From a virus, in the IMG/VR virus record IMGVR_UViG_3300023223_001973, positions 35,694 through 99,693 of that record: 64,000 nucleotides of DNA, one strand, 5' to 3'. Within the stretch, counting starts at the first letter, position 1, and each line of letters begins with the position of its first letter. Positions 55,405-64,000 of the stretch are shown one piece after another. Both the position numbers and the translations under genes were made by a program. Below the pieces are notes generated by a model that ran no database searches, was not told the DNA's origin, and worked only from the letters and a program-made list of their open reading frames with translations.

Positions 55405-55824
55405 ATGCCGACTTATTTGAATTCTACTGCCGCTCGGGTTACTATTGGTGTTTTGACAATTGAGCCCGGACTGACCGCGGAATCCGATGTGTACATTCTC
55501 GCTAGTGAGTTACCTGCTGGCGTTACACTTCAATCTGATAGTCCTTTCTATAACGATGTGGTACTGTCCCAGCGTGTGGATGGTGGTGGTTCTCTTTCTA
55601 TTCCTGAGACTGTTGGATCTCAGTCTGTAAGGGGTGTTAAGGTTACCATCTTCTGTGTATCAGGCCAGTTTACTGTTACCTGGAACTCAGTCAGTAACGT
55701 ACCTGCAATTAACCTTGAGGCTGGGCAACAGATTGGAAGGGTCTTCCGTGATAGGGTGATAAAGTCTATTGAATTCAATGAGCTTGATGCTGGCATCCTC
55801 TCCGTGCTGGTTGTACGCCTTTAG
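55405..55824 (+). CDS. hypothetical beta-rich virion protein
   Basis: SD GGAG; beta-strand composition. Confidence 0.55.
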   Translation: MPTYLNSTAARVTIGVLTIEPGLTAESDVYILASELPAGVTLQSDSPFYNDVVLSQRVDGGGSLSIPETVGSQSVRGVKVTIFCVSGQFTVTWNSVSNVPAINLEAGQQIGRVFRDRVIKSIEFNELDAGILSVLVVRL

Positions 55825-55852
55825 ATCTTTTCTCAGCTAGGAGGATACTTGC

Positions 55853-56104
55853 ATGGAAACAGTGATGCACGCAAAGGAGTGGTTCGAGTATGGCATTTTG
55901 GGTGTGATAGCCCTGTCCTTTGTCGCCTATGTGTGGTGGAATGCCAGGAACACCGCCAAGGTGCTGGACAAGAAGGATGAGTATATTATCAGGCTAAACG
56001 ACAAGCGTGAAGAGACTGCTGAGAAGTTCCAGAAGACTGTGGATGAGTTGACTCAGCAGATTAAAGACTTGTTGCAGATGCTTGACAGGAGGACTCCGAC
56101 ATGA
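55853..56104 (+). CDS. single-TM membrane protein with coiled coil (holin-like)
   Basis: YGILGVIALSFVAYVWW TM segment then heptads. Confidence 0.55.
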   Translation: METVMHAKEWFEYGILGVIALSFVAYVWWNARNTAKVLDKKDEYIIRLNDKREETAEKFQKTVDELTQQIKDLLQMLDRRTPT

Positions 56105-56328
56105 AGATCTTCCAGTACTTGACTGGCCGGATCAAGGAGAAGAACCCCCCAGAGGATAAGGCATTGCAGGCTGAGGGTGCAGCCTTGGATACCTTTAACC
56201 GGGCATCATCGGATGCTAAGAAGAGGCAGACCGATATAGATGCCTTGAAGGTGAGGGTCAAGAAGAATGGGAAGCCTGACATCCTGAGTAATGGCGAGGA
56301 TGTAGGTGGTGAAGTATCACGCGTATAA
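56101..56328 (+). CDS. hypothetical protein
   Basis: ATGA overlap; SD GGAGG. Confidence 0.5.
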   Translation: MKIFQYLTGRIKEKNPPEDKALQAEGAALDTFNRASSDAKKRQTDIDALKVRVKKNGKPDILSNGEDVGGEVSRV

Positions 56329-56367
56329 AAGTTCTACTCTGAAGGTTTCCCACTCTGGAGGAATTAC

Positions 56368-56667
56368 ATGGATATCACCAATATCTTTGGTGCTGCTGGT
56401 GGAGCAGCTATTCTGCTCACTGGTTTACTGGCTGCCTTACGTAAGGCTGGTGTTCCCACGAGGTTCATCCCTCTGATAGGTCTCACCCTGGGTGCAATCC
56501 TTGGTATCGTGGTATCTTCAACCGGATTGGTACCTGATCTGGCACTCTGGCAGGCTATTGTCTCTGGGGTTGCTGTTGCAGGAACCAGTGGTGGTGTCGT
56601 CTATGCTGTTCCGAAGGAACTGTTCAAGGAGTCCCCAAAAGTCCTACACCTTAAGAAGGAAGACTGA
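56368..56667 (+). CDS. holin-like multi-TM protein
   Basis: Three hydrophobic segments; RFIPLIGLTLG. Confidence 0.65.
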   Translation: MDITNIFGAAGGAAILLTGLLAALRKAGVPTRFIPLIGLTLGAILGIVVSSTGLVPDLALWQAIVSGVAVAGTSGGVVYAVPKELFKESPKVLHLKKED

Positions 56668-56852
56668 TGGGTTGGGGCGATGCTATCTCCAGTGTTCCTA
56701 AGATCTTCTTGAAGCTCTGGGATCACTTCGCTAAGAAGAGGAAGGAAAAGAAGGAAGCACTGGTTGAGGCTAAGAAGAAAGTGGACGAAGGGGTGGAAGA
56801 GAGGGATCCATCGAAGATTACTGAAGGGTTTGATGAGGCGAACCGAGAATGA
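56667..56852 (+). CDS. small protein, possible spanin partner
   Basis: Amphipathic N-terminus and basic coiled coil; coupled to the lipoprotein gene. Confidence 0.4.
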   Translation: MGWGDAISSVPKIFLKLWDHFAKKRKEKKEALVEAKKKVDEGVEERDPSKITEGFDEANRE

Positions 56853-57076
56853 GATATCTTGCTCTTCTTCTGCTTCTGGTTTCTGCTGGCTGCCTATCCT
56901 CTGGTCCTACCGTTCTACATCCGATAGAAAAAGCTGATATCTTCAGCGTAATGAAGGGAGAGAAGATAACCCGAGCTGATGGCTCAGTGCTTATTGTTGA
57001 AAAGAATGGGTGGTTTCTCTCTGACTTCTACGTGAAAGCTGTAATGGATGCTAAGATCCGTGCTAAAACCAAATAG
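56849..57076 (+). CDS. lipoprotein, o-spanin-like
   Basis: Signal peptide MRYLALLLLLVSAG-C (lipobox). Confidence 0.6.
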   Translation: MRYLALLLLLVSAGCLSSGPTVLHPIEKADIFSVMKGEKITRADGSVLIVEKNGWFLSDFYVKAVMDAKIRAKTK

Positions 57077-57130
57077 TTGATCGCTACAGTTCCTTTTTGG
57101 CCCCTCCAAAAGAGGACTGGTGCTGATCCG

Positions 57131-57168
57131 AGCCCCGGGGGTTCTCTTCTCCCCTTGGGGCTTGTTTT
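57131..57168 (+). terminator. rho-independent terminator ending the structural/lysis operon
   Basis: AGCCCCGGGGG-loop-CCCCTTGGGGCT then TGTTTT. Confidence 0.75.
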
Positions 57169-57187
57169 ATTAGTATGGATTCTCATA

Positions 57188-57195
57188 CGTATTAT
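57188..57195 (+). promoter_or_regulatory. putative promoter element CGTATTAT
   Basis: Just after the terminator, as at 16243. Confidence 0.45.
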
Positions 57196-57200
57196 ATCAG

Positions 57201-57686
57201 GTGATTATGATGCTCGACAAGGTAGGAATTGGTGAAGCTATTACTTTTAATAGTGCTGCCCCCTGTGACACCTGCAAGGCTCCTGAAGAGGAGTCTACCG
57301 AGCACAAGTCACCTTTCCACTGTAAGGGGTGTGGTGCTCTCCACTTTCCTCTCCAATATACAGGTGACAAGGTTGCTATTTGGCCTATTGATCCACCTGA
57401 TATGGTTGGTGACATCTGGATACCCGAGACTGCCCGTGAACCTAAGTACCTGGGCATTGTCCTCAATGTGGGTCCTGGCTACTATGTCAATGTAGCTAAA
57501 CCTTACCAGACTCCTAAGTATAAGTTCCGTGCTCCTAGTACGATGCTGGAGCCTAATACCGTGGTTGTTTTTGATGAGACTGTTCCATTCAAGATGGAGG
57601 TACGTGGTCTTGATGGCAAGATGCATTACATCACGCTGATGGGTGCTATGGATGTCATTATGTTCTGGGAAGAGATTGATGCCTAA
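57201..57686 (+). CDS. GroES-like co-chaperonin with N-terminal Zn-ribbon
   Basis: GDKVAI...GDIWIPETARE...GIVLNVGPG; CDTC...CKGC. Confidence 0.75.
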   Translation: MIMMLDKVGIGEAITFNSAAPCDTCKAPEEESTEHKSPFHCKGCGALHFPLQYTGDKVAIWPIDPPDMVGDIWIPETAREPKYLGIVLNVGPGYYVNVAKPYQTPKYKFRAPSTMLEPNTVVVFDETVPFKMEVRGLDGKMHYITLMGAMDVIMFWEEIDA

Positions 57687-57933
57687 CTTTCGAGAGATGA
57701 CTGCGGATGACCATGTGAAATATTATGCTGCCACGATAGCTGGTGGTGTGATGGCCAACTCTCGGTGGGATAACCCTACGGATAATATGCTACGTGAGCG
57801 TGTAGCAGATGCTATTGTGGATATGGCTTGGGAACTGCACAAGGCATTGAATCGTCGTGCTGGGGGTGAGAAGCCACAAGTGTCGGTTGACTCTGGCGAA
57901 CCTGACCATCTTGGTTGGGGAGACGCCCAATGA
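57679..57933 (+). CDS. hypothetical protein
   Basis: Overlapping coupled ORF. Confidence 0.5.
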   Translation: MPNFREMTADDHVKYYAATIAGGVMANSRWDNPTDNMLRERVADAIVDMAWELHKALNRRAGGEKPQVSVDSGEPDHLGWGDAQ

Positions 57934-58271
57934 CTCTTGAAGAAGACATCAAGAAGCTGGCTGCCCATAAGGATCCTACTCCCGAAGAGCGTCGCAAGGT
58001 GATGTTAGCATTGGTTGCTCGGGAGATTGCAATAGTGGGTGAGTGGATGGTCATGGAGGGTGTTCCCACTTTGGGGCCTGGAATGTCTATCAAGCTTCTG
58101 GAAATTGTTGATGAGATGATGAAGAAAGTAGACAATTTACCTACTCCTGAGACTAAAGAAATGGTAGTGAAGTATGCTGGCATCATTCGTATGACTGCTG
58201 TACTGTTGGGCAGCGCTTCCGGAGCTGTTATTGCACAGTTGGCTGATGTCTTGGGGAAGAAGGATGCCTGA
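57930..58271 (+). CDS. hypothetical protein
   Basis: ATGA coupling; SD GGAG. Confidence 0.5.
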   Translation: MTLEEDIKKLAAHKDPTPEERRKVMLALVAREIAIVGEWMVMEGVPTLGPGMSIKLLEIVDEMMKKVDNLPTPETKEMVVKYAGIIRMTAVLLGSASGAVIAQLADVLGKKDA

Positions 58272-58443
58272 GGAAACTAAGAAGCAAGAGAAGTGTCTTC
58301 ACTGTGGTGAAGAGATTACTACTGAGAACCAGATGTTTACTTGCATCGACTGTGAGACAGATGGTTGTCCGAAGTGTATCATGCCTCATGGTATAGGTAC
58401 TAAGTGCGACCTCTGTATGCAGACATGGGACGATGATGAGTGA
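58264..58443 (+). CDS. small Cys-rich Zn-finger protein
   Basis: CLHC, CIDC, CPKC, CDLC. Confidence 0.55.
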   Translation: MPEETKKQEKCLHCGEEITTENQMFTCIDCETDGCPKCIMPHGIGTKCDLCMQTWDDDE

Positions 58444-59344
58444 TATTGTCATAGTGGACTTCTCTTGGCTGTTCTATCGTTCCTTCCATGCCTTTCAGGA
58501 CCTGGAGTACAAGCGTGGGAATTGGATAATCAAGACTGGTGGCATGTTCGGCTGCCTCCGTGAATTGAAGTATGCCTATGACAAGTTTCAATGTATGATC
58601 CTGGTTGCCATTGAGCCCCCCGACAATACAGCAAGGACTAGTCTATTTGAGGAATACAAGGCTGATAGGGACCGTCCTGATGATATAAGTGTCTGTTGGG
58701 ATGATACTATCAAGGCTGCTGCCCTGTTCCCCTTCGTGAAGATTGTCTCTGCTAAAGCTGGTGAGGCTGATGATGTTATCTATTCTCTGGCCCAACAGTG
58801 CATCCCTCACTGTGATCGTGTCCTACTTAAGGCCAATGATAATGACCTGCTTCAGATTGGTGAGTTTGAAGAAGCTCAGTCTAAGGTGCATTTCCTCGGT
58901 AGTAAGAACAGCCTGATCTCTATCACTGACAAATCCCAGAAGGCATTCCCTGATGTGACCGGCAGAAGTCTGGCTATGTTCCGGTCTATCTGTGGTGACA
59001 AGTCTGACAATCTGGATGGTCCTATTCAGAGGTTTCCCAAGCGTGTAGCCTCGATAATAGCGGAGAAGTTCGAGACTCCTGGTCAGTGTGTTTCTCTGAT
59101 GGGTGACATGAGCCCTGTTATGCTGGCTCGTCACTTCGGGAATGATAAGACTGCGCACAAGTATCTGGCTCTACTGTTGCAGAAGTTTACCATCTGGGAC
59201 CGTAACTACCAGATCATGAAGTTGCGACCTGTTGAGGTTATCTATCCTGAGATTGATCATATCCTGGTAGGCGACCTTGTTGAGATGTATGGTATGATCT
59301 CCATGTCGCGTATGTTAAGTAATGATCCTAACCCCTCTTCTTGA
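58433..59344 (+). CDS. 5'-3' exonuclease / flap endonuclease (PolI N-domain / T4 RNase H-like)
   Basis: VIVDFSWLFYRSFHA, YKADR, EADDVI, NDNDLLQ, GDKSDN. Confidence 0.9.
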   Translation: MMSDIVIVDFSWLFYRSFHAFQDLEYKRGNWIIKTGGMFGCLRELKYAYDKFQCMILVAIEPPDNTARTSLFEEYKADRDRPDDISVCWDDTIKAAALFPFVKIVSAKAGEADDVIYSLAQQCIPHCDRVLLKANDNDLLQIGEFEEAQSKVHFLGSKNSLISITDKSQKAFPDVTGRSLAMFRSICGDKSDNLDGPIQRFPKRVASIIAEKFETPGQCVSLMGDMSPVMLARHFGNDKTAHKYLALLLQKFTIWDRNYQIMKLRPVEVIYPEIDHILVGDLVEMYGMISMSRMLSNDPNPSS

Positions 59345-60746
59345 TTATCAGCAAGCCTGTGTAACTGAAGCCCTGAAGATGAAGCGACTTATCCTCGCTT
59401 TGGACACAGGCTCCGGTAAGACTCTGGCTGCTTTGGCTATAATAGAGGAACTCCGCAATAGATATGGTGTTAACGACGTCGTAGTCTCCTGCCCTAAGAG
59501 TGGTCTACCAACCTGGCGTAGTGAGATACCTAAGCATACCGACTTCTCTTACTCTATCGGTGAGTACAACCCCCGGGTTACCATCAAGGTTCTTCAAGAG
59601 ACTAAGCTGTACAAGGTTCTCCCCGAGCTTAGAGCTCAACCTTCCTGCCTGATTGTGGATGAGAGTCACTTCATGTGCTCACCCACTTCTCTGAAGGCTG
59701 CTCAGTTCCGTGGTGGCATGGTTAAGAAGGGTAATCAAGAGCTAGTCCTTAATAACACCATGGGTACCTTTAACTACAATTATGGCATGACTGCCACTCC
59801 CATGATGAACCACATTGAGGATCTCTACTACCAGGTAGAGTCCTACTTCCCTGGGTACTTTGGTCCTCTTCCACACTTCGTGAATCGTTATACTGAGGGA
59901 GAGGTCAAGCGTGTTGGCGTTCGTGGTGGTGGCTCTCGCATGATACGAGAAGTGACTGGTTTCTGTAACCTGGGTGAGCTGAACATGAGGTTACGACCTG
60001 TCATGTTCCGTCATGCCATGCAGTACCCTGTCAAGTTTTTCTTCAAGTTTGTTGATCCACCTCTCAATGAGTGGTCTCTCTATCTTCGAACTGGTCAGGG
60101 TATCCTTCGTGATCATGAACGGAACTTTGTCGGTAGGCTTCCGGATCTCCAACGTGTGGCTAATGGATCCTCTGATGAAGAGGGTAATTATAGAAGAGAT
60201 CCTAAGCTGTCCTGTAAGGAGCAGCTTCTGACTGATGGTCTGAATTATATTGTAGATCACCACCATGGTTGTGTAGTGTTCACGTCCTCTCTGGATACTC
60301 ACAAGCGCTTCCGCGATAGGATAGCAACCAAGGTTAGAGCTGAGAAGTGCTGGTTCATGACGGGTGCAACTGACGACCATCAAAGGGATCACATTGCCCG
60401 CAACTTCGGACCCAATGACGTTCTCTTCGCCACTGGAGTAGGCGGTGTATCCCTGAACCTTCAGGCTGTTAACAATGTCATCTTCTACGATATCCCGTGG
60501 TCTGTTGGCAAGGTGATGCAGTATCTGGGAAGGGTAACCCGCACTGACTCCACATTTGATAGTATGAATGTGATCTTCCTTGGCGTACAGCGTACTATAG
60601 ATGAGTACAAGTTGGCGCTGGTCTCAAGCAACCTGCATGTGCTCCGATCCATCCTTTCAGGGTTTGGGTTTGTTGAGGCGTATTTTACTATGGTGAAGAA
60701 GGCTGCTATTATCCAGATGAGGAGGTCTCTGCTGTGGGGGAAGTAG
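59322..60746 (+). CDS. SNF2-like superfamily 2 helicase
   Basis: LLDYQ, LDTGSGKT, IVDESH, TATP, SLNLQ..N.VIFYD.PW, Q..GRV.R. Confidence 0.88.
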   Translation: MILTPLLDYQQACVTEALKMKRLILALDTGSGKTLAALAIIEELRNRYGVNDVVVSCPKSGLPTWRSEIPKHTDFSYSIGEYNPRVTIKVLQETKLYKVLPELRAQPSCLIVDESHFMCSPTSLKAAQFRGGMVKKGNQELVLNNTMGTFNYNYGMTATPMMNHIEDLYYQVESYFPGYFGPLPHFVNRYTEGEVKRVGVRGGGSRMIREVTGFCNLGELNMRLRPVMFRHAMQYPVKFFFKFVDPPLNEWSLYLRTGQGILRDHERNFVGRLPDLQRVANGSSDEEGNYRRDPKLSCKEQLLTDGLNYIVDHHHGCVVFTSSLDTHKRFRDRIATKVRAEKCWFMTGATDDHQRDHIARNFGPNDVLFATGVGGVSLNLQAVNNVIFYDIPWSVGKVMQYLGRVTRTDSTFDSMNVIFLGVQRTIDEYKLALVSSNLHVLRSILSGFGFVEAYFTMVKKAAIIQMRRSLLWGK

Positions 60747-61315
60747 AATCCAAGGATTGCCCTGTCTGTAAGGGCACCAATTATACCATCAAGGATGGTG
60801 TTAAGGAGGCCTGTATCTGTGTTAGGATGAGGCGTCTGGCTATCTATTTCCCTGCTGTGACTGAGGCCTTAGCTGCTCCTGCTCAGACTCGTGAAGCGAT
60901 CCTGGCTATGGAGTTTAAGCCTCTGACCTATTGTCATATTCAGAGAGGATTGTCTGAGCGTGAATCTCATCTGTTCAAGCTGGCCTACCTCTTATCTCTG
61001 GACTGTCCTCATTATCGAGAGTTCAATGTATATGAGCTTATCGAGATCTATCTGCGTCAGCATCCTGACTTCGACAGTCTGTTCAAGATTAGTTTCCCTG
61101 CTACCATCCTGACTGAAGGATATAACGAGTTCCCCAACGTCCGTCAGAATGATGCTATTCTCCAGTACCTTGACATCGTGAAGCGTCAGCGTGGAACGGT
61201 ACTTTTCCTGTCACGCAAACGAGAGTCAGACCCCGTACTGTTGGAGTACTTCGAGAGGAATGACTGGCAGATCATGGATCTGACTAGGGGAAGAGGTGGT
61301 GCCCGTGCCGTTTAA
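60734..61315 (+). CDS. Zn-finger protein, probable degenerate helicase loader (DnaC/IstB-like)
   Basis: CPVC...CIC N-terminus; directly upstream of DnaB; no Walker A visible. Confidence 0.5.
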   Translation: MGEVESKDCPVCKGTNYTIKDGVKEACICVRMRRLAIYFPAVTEALAAPAQTREAILAMEFKPLTYCHIQRGLSERESHLFKLAYLLSLDCPHYREFNVYELIEIYLRQHPDFDSLFKISFPATILTEGYNEFPNVRQNDAILQYLDIVKRQRGTVLFLSRKRESDPVLLEYFERNDWQIMDLTRGRGGARAV

Positions 61316-62678
61316 CATTAATGACTCTTCTAGCAGGCTTGAGGCCATTACCTGTGTCCTTCTCAATGAGGCCTTCCCTCATACGGACAGGTTGGATCTT
61401 TATAAGTTGATGCATCAGAGTGAGATGTTCTTTGAGTTCATGCCCTACTGTGTTCAAGATGAGTTCCTGTCACCAGAGTCCCTGGCTGCTACTGGTGTCC
61501 TTAAATATGGTTTCCACCCTGATGCTGTAGCCCGAGTGATGGATGGTAGAGCTGCCTTCCGTGTTGAGTTGGAGTTACGTAAGAAGACATTTACCAGCCA
61601 GCGACTGATCGAGATAGCCCAAGGTGCAGATGGTAAGACCACCGCTGATATGCGTGCTCAGATAGATGAAGTAGCATCCACTCTCCAGGTCCGTTCTACC
61701 CGGGGTCATATGGTCTCTGGTGATGAGGCTTACCAGAAGATTATTGATAAGCCTTTGGGTATACTGACTGGTGCCAAGTCTCTTGATGATGTCCTTTCTG
61801 GACTGATGTATGGAACCATGGCAGTGGTGTTCGGGTTCGTGTCCGCTGGTAAGTCCACTTTCCTGCTGAACTGCATGTATCAGGCCATTACCCGCGGGTT
61901 CAATGTCTGCTTCATGACTCTGGAGGTAACAAGGGAGTTGATGCATCACCAGTTGTTATCTCTGCACTCCTTCCGAGCAGCCGAGAAGTTGAAGGGTGAC
62001 CCTGTTCCATACTTGGACATTATCAAGGGTAAGTTAAATGATAAGCAGAGGGAATATATCTTCGGCACTGTTGAGTCTGACTTGAATGGCCAATCGGGGA
62101 AGTTTACTTTTGCTGAGATTGACGACGTGGAGGATTTCTCTTATGCTGGGCTCAAGTCTTACCTGGATAGTTTACCGTTCTTCTCAGATGTAGTGGTCCT
62201 TGACTACGCTCAGAAGCTGTTGCCCTACCTGAAGGGCGGTCGAGATCCGAATATGGTGCAGGCCCGAATGGTGTCGGACTTCACGCACTTGGCTGTAGGA
62301 ACTGGCAAAGAAGACGCTCGTATTGTGTTAATGGGTGCACAAGCTAATCGCGAGGGACACAAGGAAGCTGAAGAAGCTAAGGGAATGTACAACATCCGGG
62401 CTATTGCCAACATTAATTCATTGGAGAGGGATGCTTATTACTGTATATCCCTGTTCACTGATGATGACCTGCGTAGGTCACAGGAGACCAAGATCTGTCT
62501 ACTCAAGAATAAGTCTGGTCCTCTGATACCTGAGCCTGTTGTGGTCCCGTTTGATCCTCGGTTCTATGCCATTGGGAATGACATTCAGGGGTATGAGGCC
62601 AATGTTACTGCATCCGACTTGGGTAGTATTATGGGTGGTAGTTTCGACCTTGGTGCCATGCTTGGAGGTACCGGATGA
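61296..62678 (+). CDS. dnaB: DnaB-like replicative helicase
   Basis: GILTG...LDDVL.G, Walker A GFVSAGKST, FMTLE, VVLDYAQ, AQANR, LERDA, LKNKSG. Confidence 0.85.
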   Translation: MVPVPFNINDSSSRLEAITCVLLNEAFPHTDRLDLYKLMHQSEMFFEFMPYCVQDEFLSPESLAATGVLKYGFHPDAVARVMDGRAAFRVELELRKKTFTSQRLIEIAQGADGKTTADMRAQIDEVASTLQVRSTRGHMVSGDEAYQKIIDKPLGILTGAKSLDDVLSGLMYGTMAVVFGFVSAGKSTFLLNCMYQAITRGFNVCFMTLEVTRELMHHQLLSLHSFRAAEKLKGDPVPYLDIIKGKLNDKQREYIFGTVESDLNGQSGKFTFAEIDDVEDFSYAGLKSYLDSLPFFSDVVVLDYAQKLLPYLKGGRDPNMVQARMVSDFTHLAVGTGKEDARIVLMGAQANREGHKEAEEAKGMYNIRAIANINSLERDAYYCISLFTDDDLRRSQETKICLLKNKSGPLIPEPVVVPFDPRFYAIGNDIQGYEANVTASDLGSIMGGSFDLGAMLGGTG

Positions 62679-62872
62679 GTTCTGTTCCTTCTAATTCTAT
62701 CTGTGCAGCTATTGGATGTAATAGAACTGCTGTAGTGGCCATTACTCAAGATTTACCTACTAACTCTGTCATGGTCTTTTATCTATGTGAGTATCATGTT
62801 GGCAAGATGAGGAATGACAAACTTTTATCAGAGAAAATAAAGCTGCATGGGTTAGATTCTAAGGACAGTTGA
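62675..62872 (+). CDS. small Cys/His Zn-finger protein
   Basis: CAAIGC...LCEYH; ATGA coupling. Confidence 0.45.
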   Translation: MSSVPSNSICAAIGCNRTAVVAITQDLPTNSVMVFYLCEYHVGKMRNDKLLSEKIKLHGLDSKDS

Positions 62873-62873
62873 C

Positions 62874-63125
62874 ATGGCTAAGAAACAGCTGACTCCTGGT
62901 GAGCTGGCATACAAATACAGTTGTGGTGACACAAAAAAGTTTATGCAGTCCCTTGAGAAGGACATGAAGGCCTATGGCAGCCAGTGTGCTATCTCTGTGT
63001 TGGAATCAGCAGTGGAGGATGTGTTGAAGTTGCCTGCCACTGACTCCAGAAGTCTCGTTCTTGTGATGCTGCGGCGTGTGATTGGTGCCTTGGAACGTGA
63101 AGCTAAGGGAGAATCTAATGGATAG
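62874..63125 (+). CDS. hypothetical protein
   Basis: Fills the gap. Confidence 0.45.
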   Translation: MAKKQLTPGELAYKYSCGDTKKFMQSLEKDMKAYGSQCAISVLESAVEDVLKLPATDSRSLVLVMLRRVIGALEREAKGESNG

Positions 63126-63531
63126 TCAGCTTCTTAAGGATTTATATGAGCTTCGCGGTATTGAGGAACCTTGTAGAACCTGCAGTGGTTTTGGTGTAAG
63201 GGGTTATGCCAATACCTCTACATGGATGCATGGTATTGGTGGTCAGGCGATAACTCGAGATATCTGTGATAAATGTTGGGGTAGTGGTGATTCAAATCGT
63301 ACTTGGACTGACCTGCGTAAGCTGAACTCACAGATACGTTTACTAAAGGCTGAAAGAGATAAGGCATACATGGGTGGTCTGGAGCAAGCCTGTAAAGCGA
63401 TATGTTACTATTGTAGATCTCATGGTATTCCTGTTGAGATCGGGCATATGTTGTGGGCTCATGATTGTGGTGCCTGTAAAGCAGGTGCTATCCGCCATCT
63501 CATGAAGGAAGTGCATGCCACGACAGGATAA
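63118..63531 (+). CDS. protein with DnaJ-type CxxCxGxG Zn repeats
   Basis: CRTCSGFG and CDKCWGSG. Confidence 0.6.
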   Translation: MDSQLLKDLYELRGIEEPCRTCSGFGVRGYANTSTWMHGIGGQAITRDICDKCWGSGDSNRTWTDLRKLNSQIRLLKAERDKAYMGGLEQACKAICYYCRSHGIPVEIGHMLWAHDCGACKAGAIRHLMKEVHATTG

Positions 63532-64000
63532 ACAACTCCAAAGACAGCGTGCCCGCATCCGTTACTTTGTGAACGAGAAGATGCAGGTTCAGACTCTTCT
63601 GCGTCAGATGTTCCAGATTGACATTGACTCTGGACTTACCTTCCGTTGTCCCTTTCACGATGATAACCGGAAGTCAGCCAAGCTGTTTGATGACAACGCC
63701 TTCTGGTGCTTTGCCTGCCAGGTCCAGTATACCCCGTATCGCATGCTCCGTCAGGCTGGTTACGACCTGGACCAGATAGCAGCCCACATCCCTCCTGACT
63801 TCAGGCCTGACCTATCCTCTGAGATAGAGCGTAAGGAGAGGTTGGAGAGACTAAAGCTGGTAGCCTTCAATCTCAGGGCACAACATATTAAGCATGGTGA
63901 TCTGAAGAAACTCAATGAGGCATGGGTTGCTGAGTTTTGTAAGACTGAAGTCCTGTCAGAGCAAGACGCAGATGTTACTCCATCAGAGACAGTGAACTAA
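63515..64000 (+). CDS. stand-alone primase CHC2 zinc-binding domain protein
   Basis: FRCPFHDDNRKSAKLFDDNAFWCFAC; ends with TAA at 64000. Confidence 0.8.
   Translation: MPRQDKQLQRQRARIRYFVNEKMQVQTLLRQMFQIDIDSGLTFRCPFHDDNRKSAKLFDDNAFWCFACQVQYTPYRMLRQAGYDLDQIAAHIPPDFRPDLSSEIERKERLERLKLVAFNLRAQHIKHGDLKKLNEAWVAEFCKTEVLSEQDADVTPSETVN

Noticed and set aside
1-64000. Stop-codon reassignment, as in some large phages
   Set aside because: Conserved genes are full length in the standard code, and TAA, TAG and TGA all terminate genes followed by SD/start signals.

Overview
The whole 64 kb window is part of a large tailed dsDNA phage genome with a T4-like (contractile-tail) virion gene set. All credible genes are on the + strand, in the standard genetic code. 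Left end (1-6.6 kb): a B12-type radical SAM fusion protein, a TOPRIM-only primase core, a DUF932-like protein, a DnaX-like clamp loader and a possible degenerate sigma factor. 6.4-17.8 kb: terminase, gp20-like portal, scaffold-like proteins, gp21-like prohead protease, gp23-like major capsid protein (MCP) and neck. 17.8-30.5 kb: a block of mostly acidic or unknown proteins inserted among the neck genes. 30.5-55.8 kb: tail terminator, sheath, tube, chaperones, tape measure, baseplate, fibres and repeat adhesins. 55.8-57.2 kb: holin/spanin-like genes with no recognisable endolysin. 57.2-64 kb: GroES-like protein, 5'-3' exonuclease, SNF2 helicase, DnaB and a stand-alone primase zinc-binding domain. 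The main finding is an apparent virion cargo system. A tandem run of unrelated genes shares an N-terminal leader (about M-x-F-x-x-[IL]-[FYL]-[ED]-[KR]-[VL]-x-E), analogous to the T4 internal-protein capsid-targeting sequence. Two polyproteins have modules separated by a recurring E-[SA]-[RK]-[VI]-x-E motif that fits gp21-type protease cleavage. The cargo includes a minimal Pol X, a tandem HiPIP-like Cys protein and a candidate diverged MCP paralog, and a nucleotidyltransferase gene lies nearby. All family assignments come from reading motifs by eye; no database searches were run.
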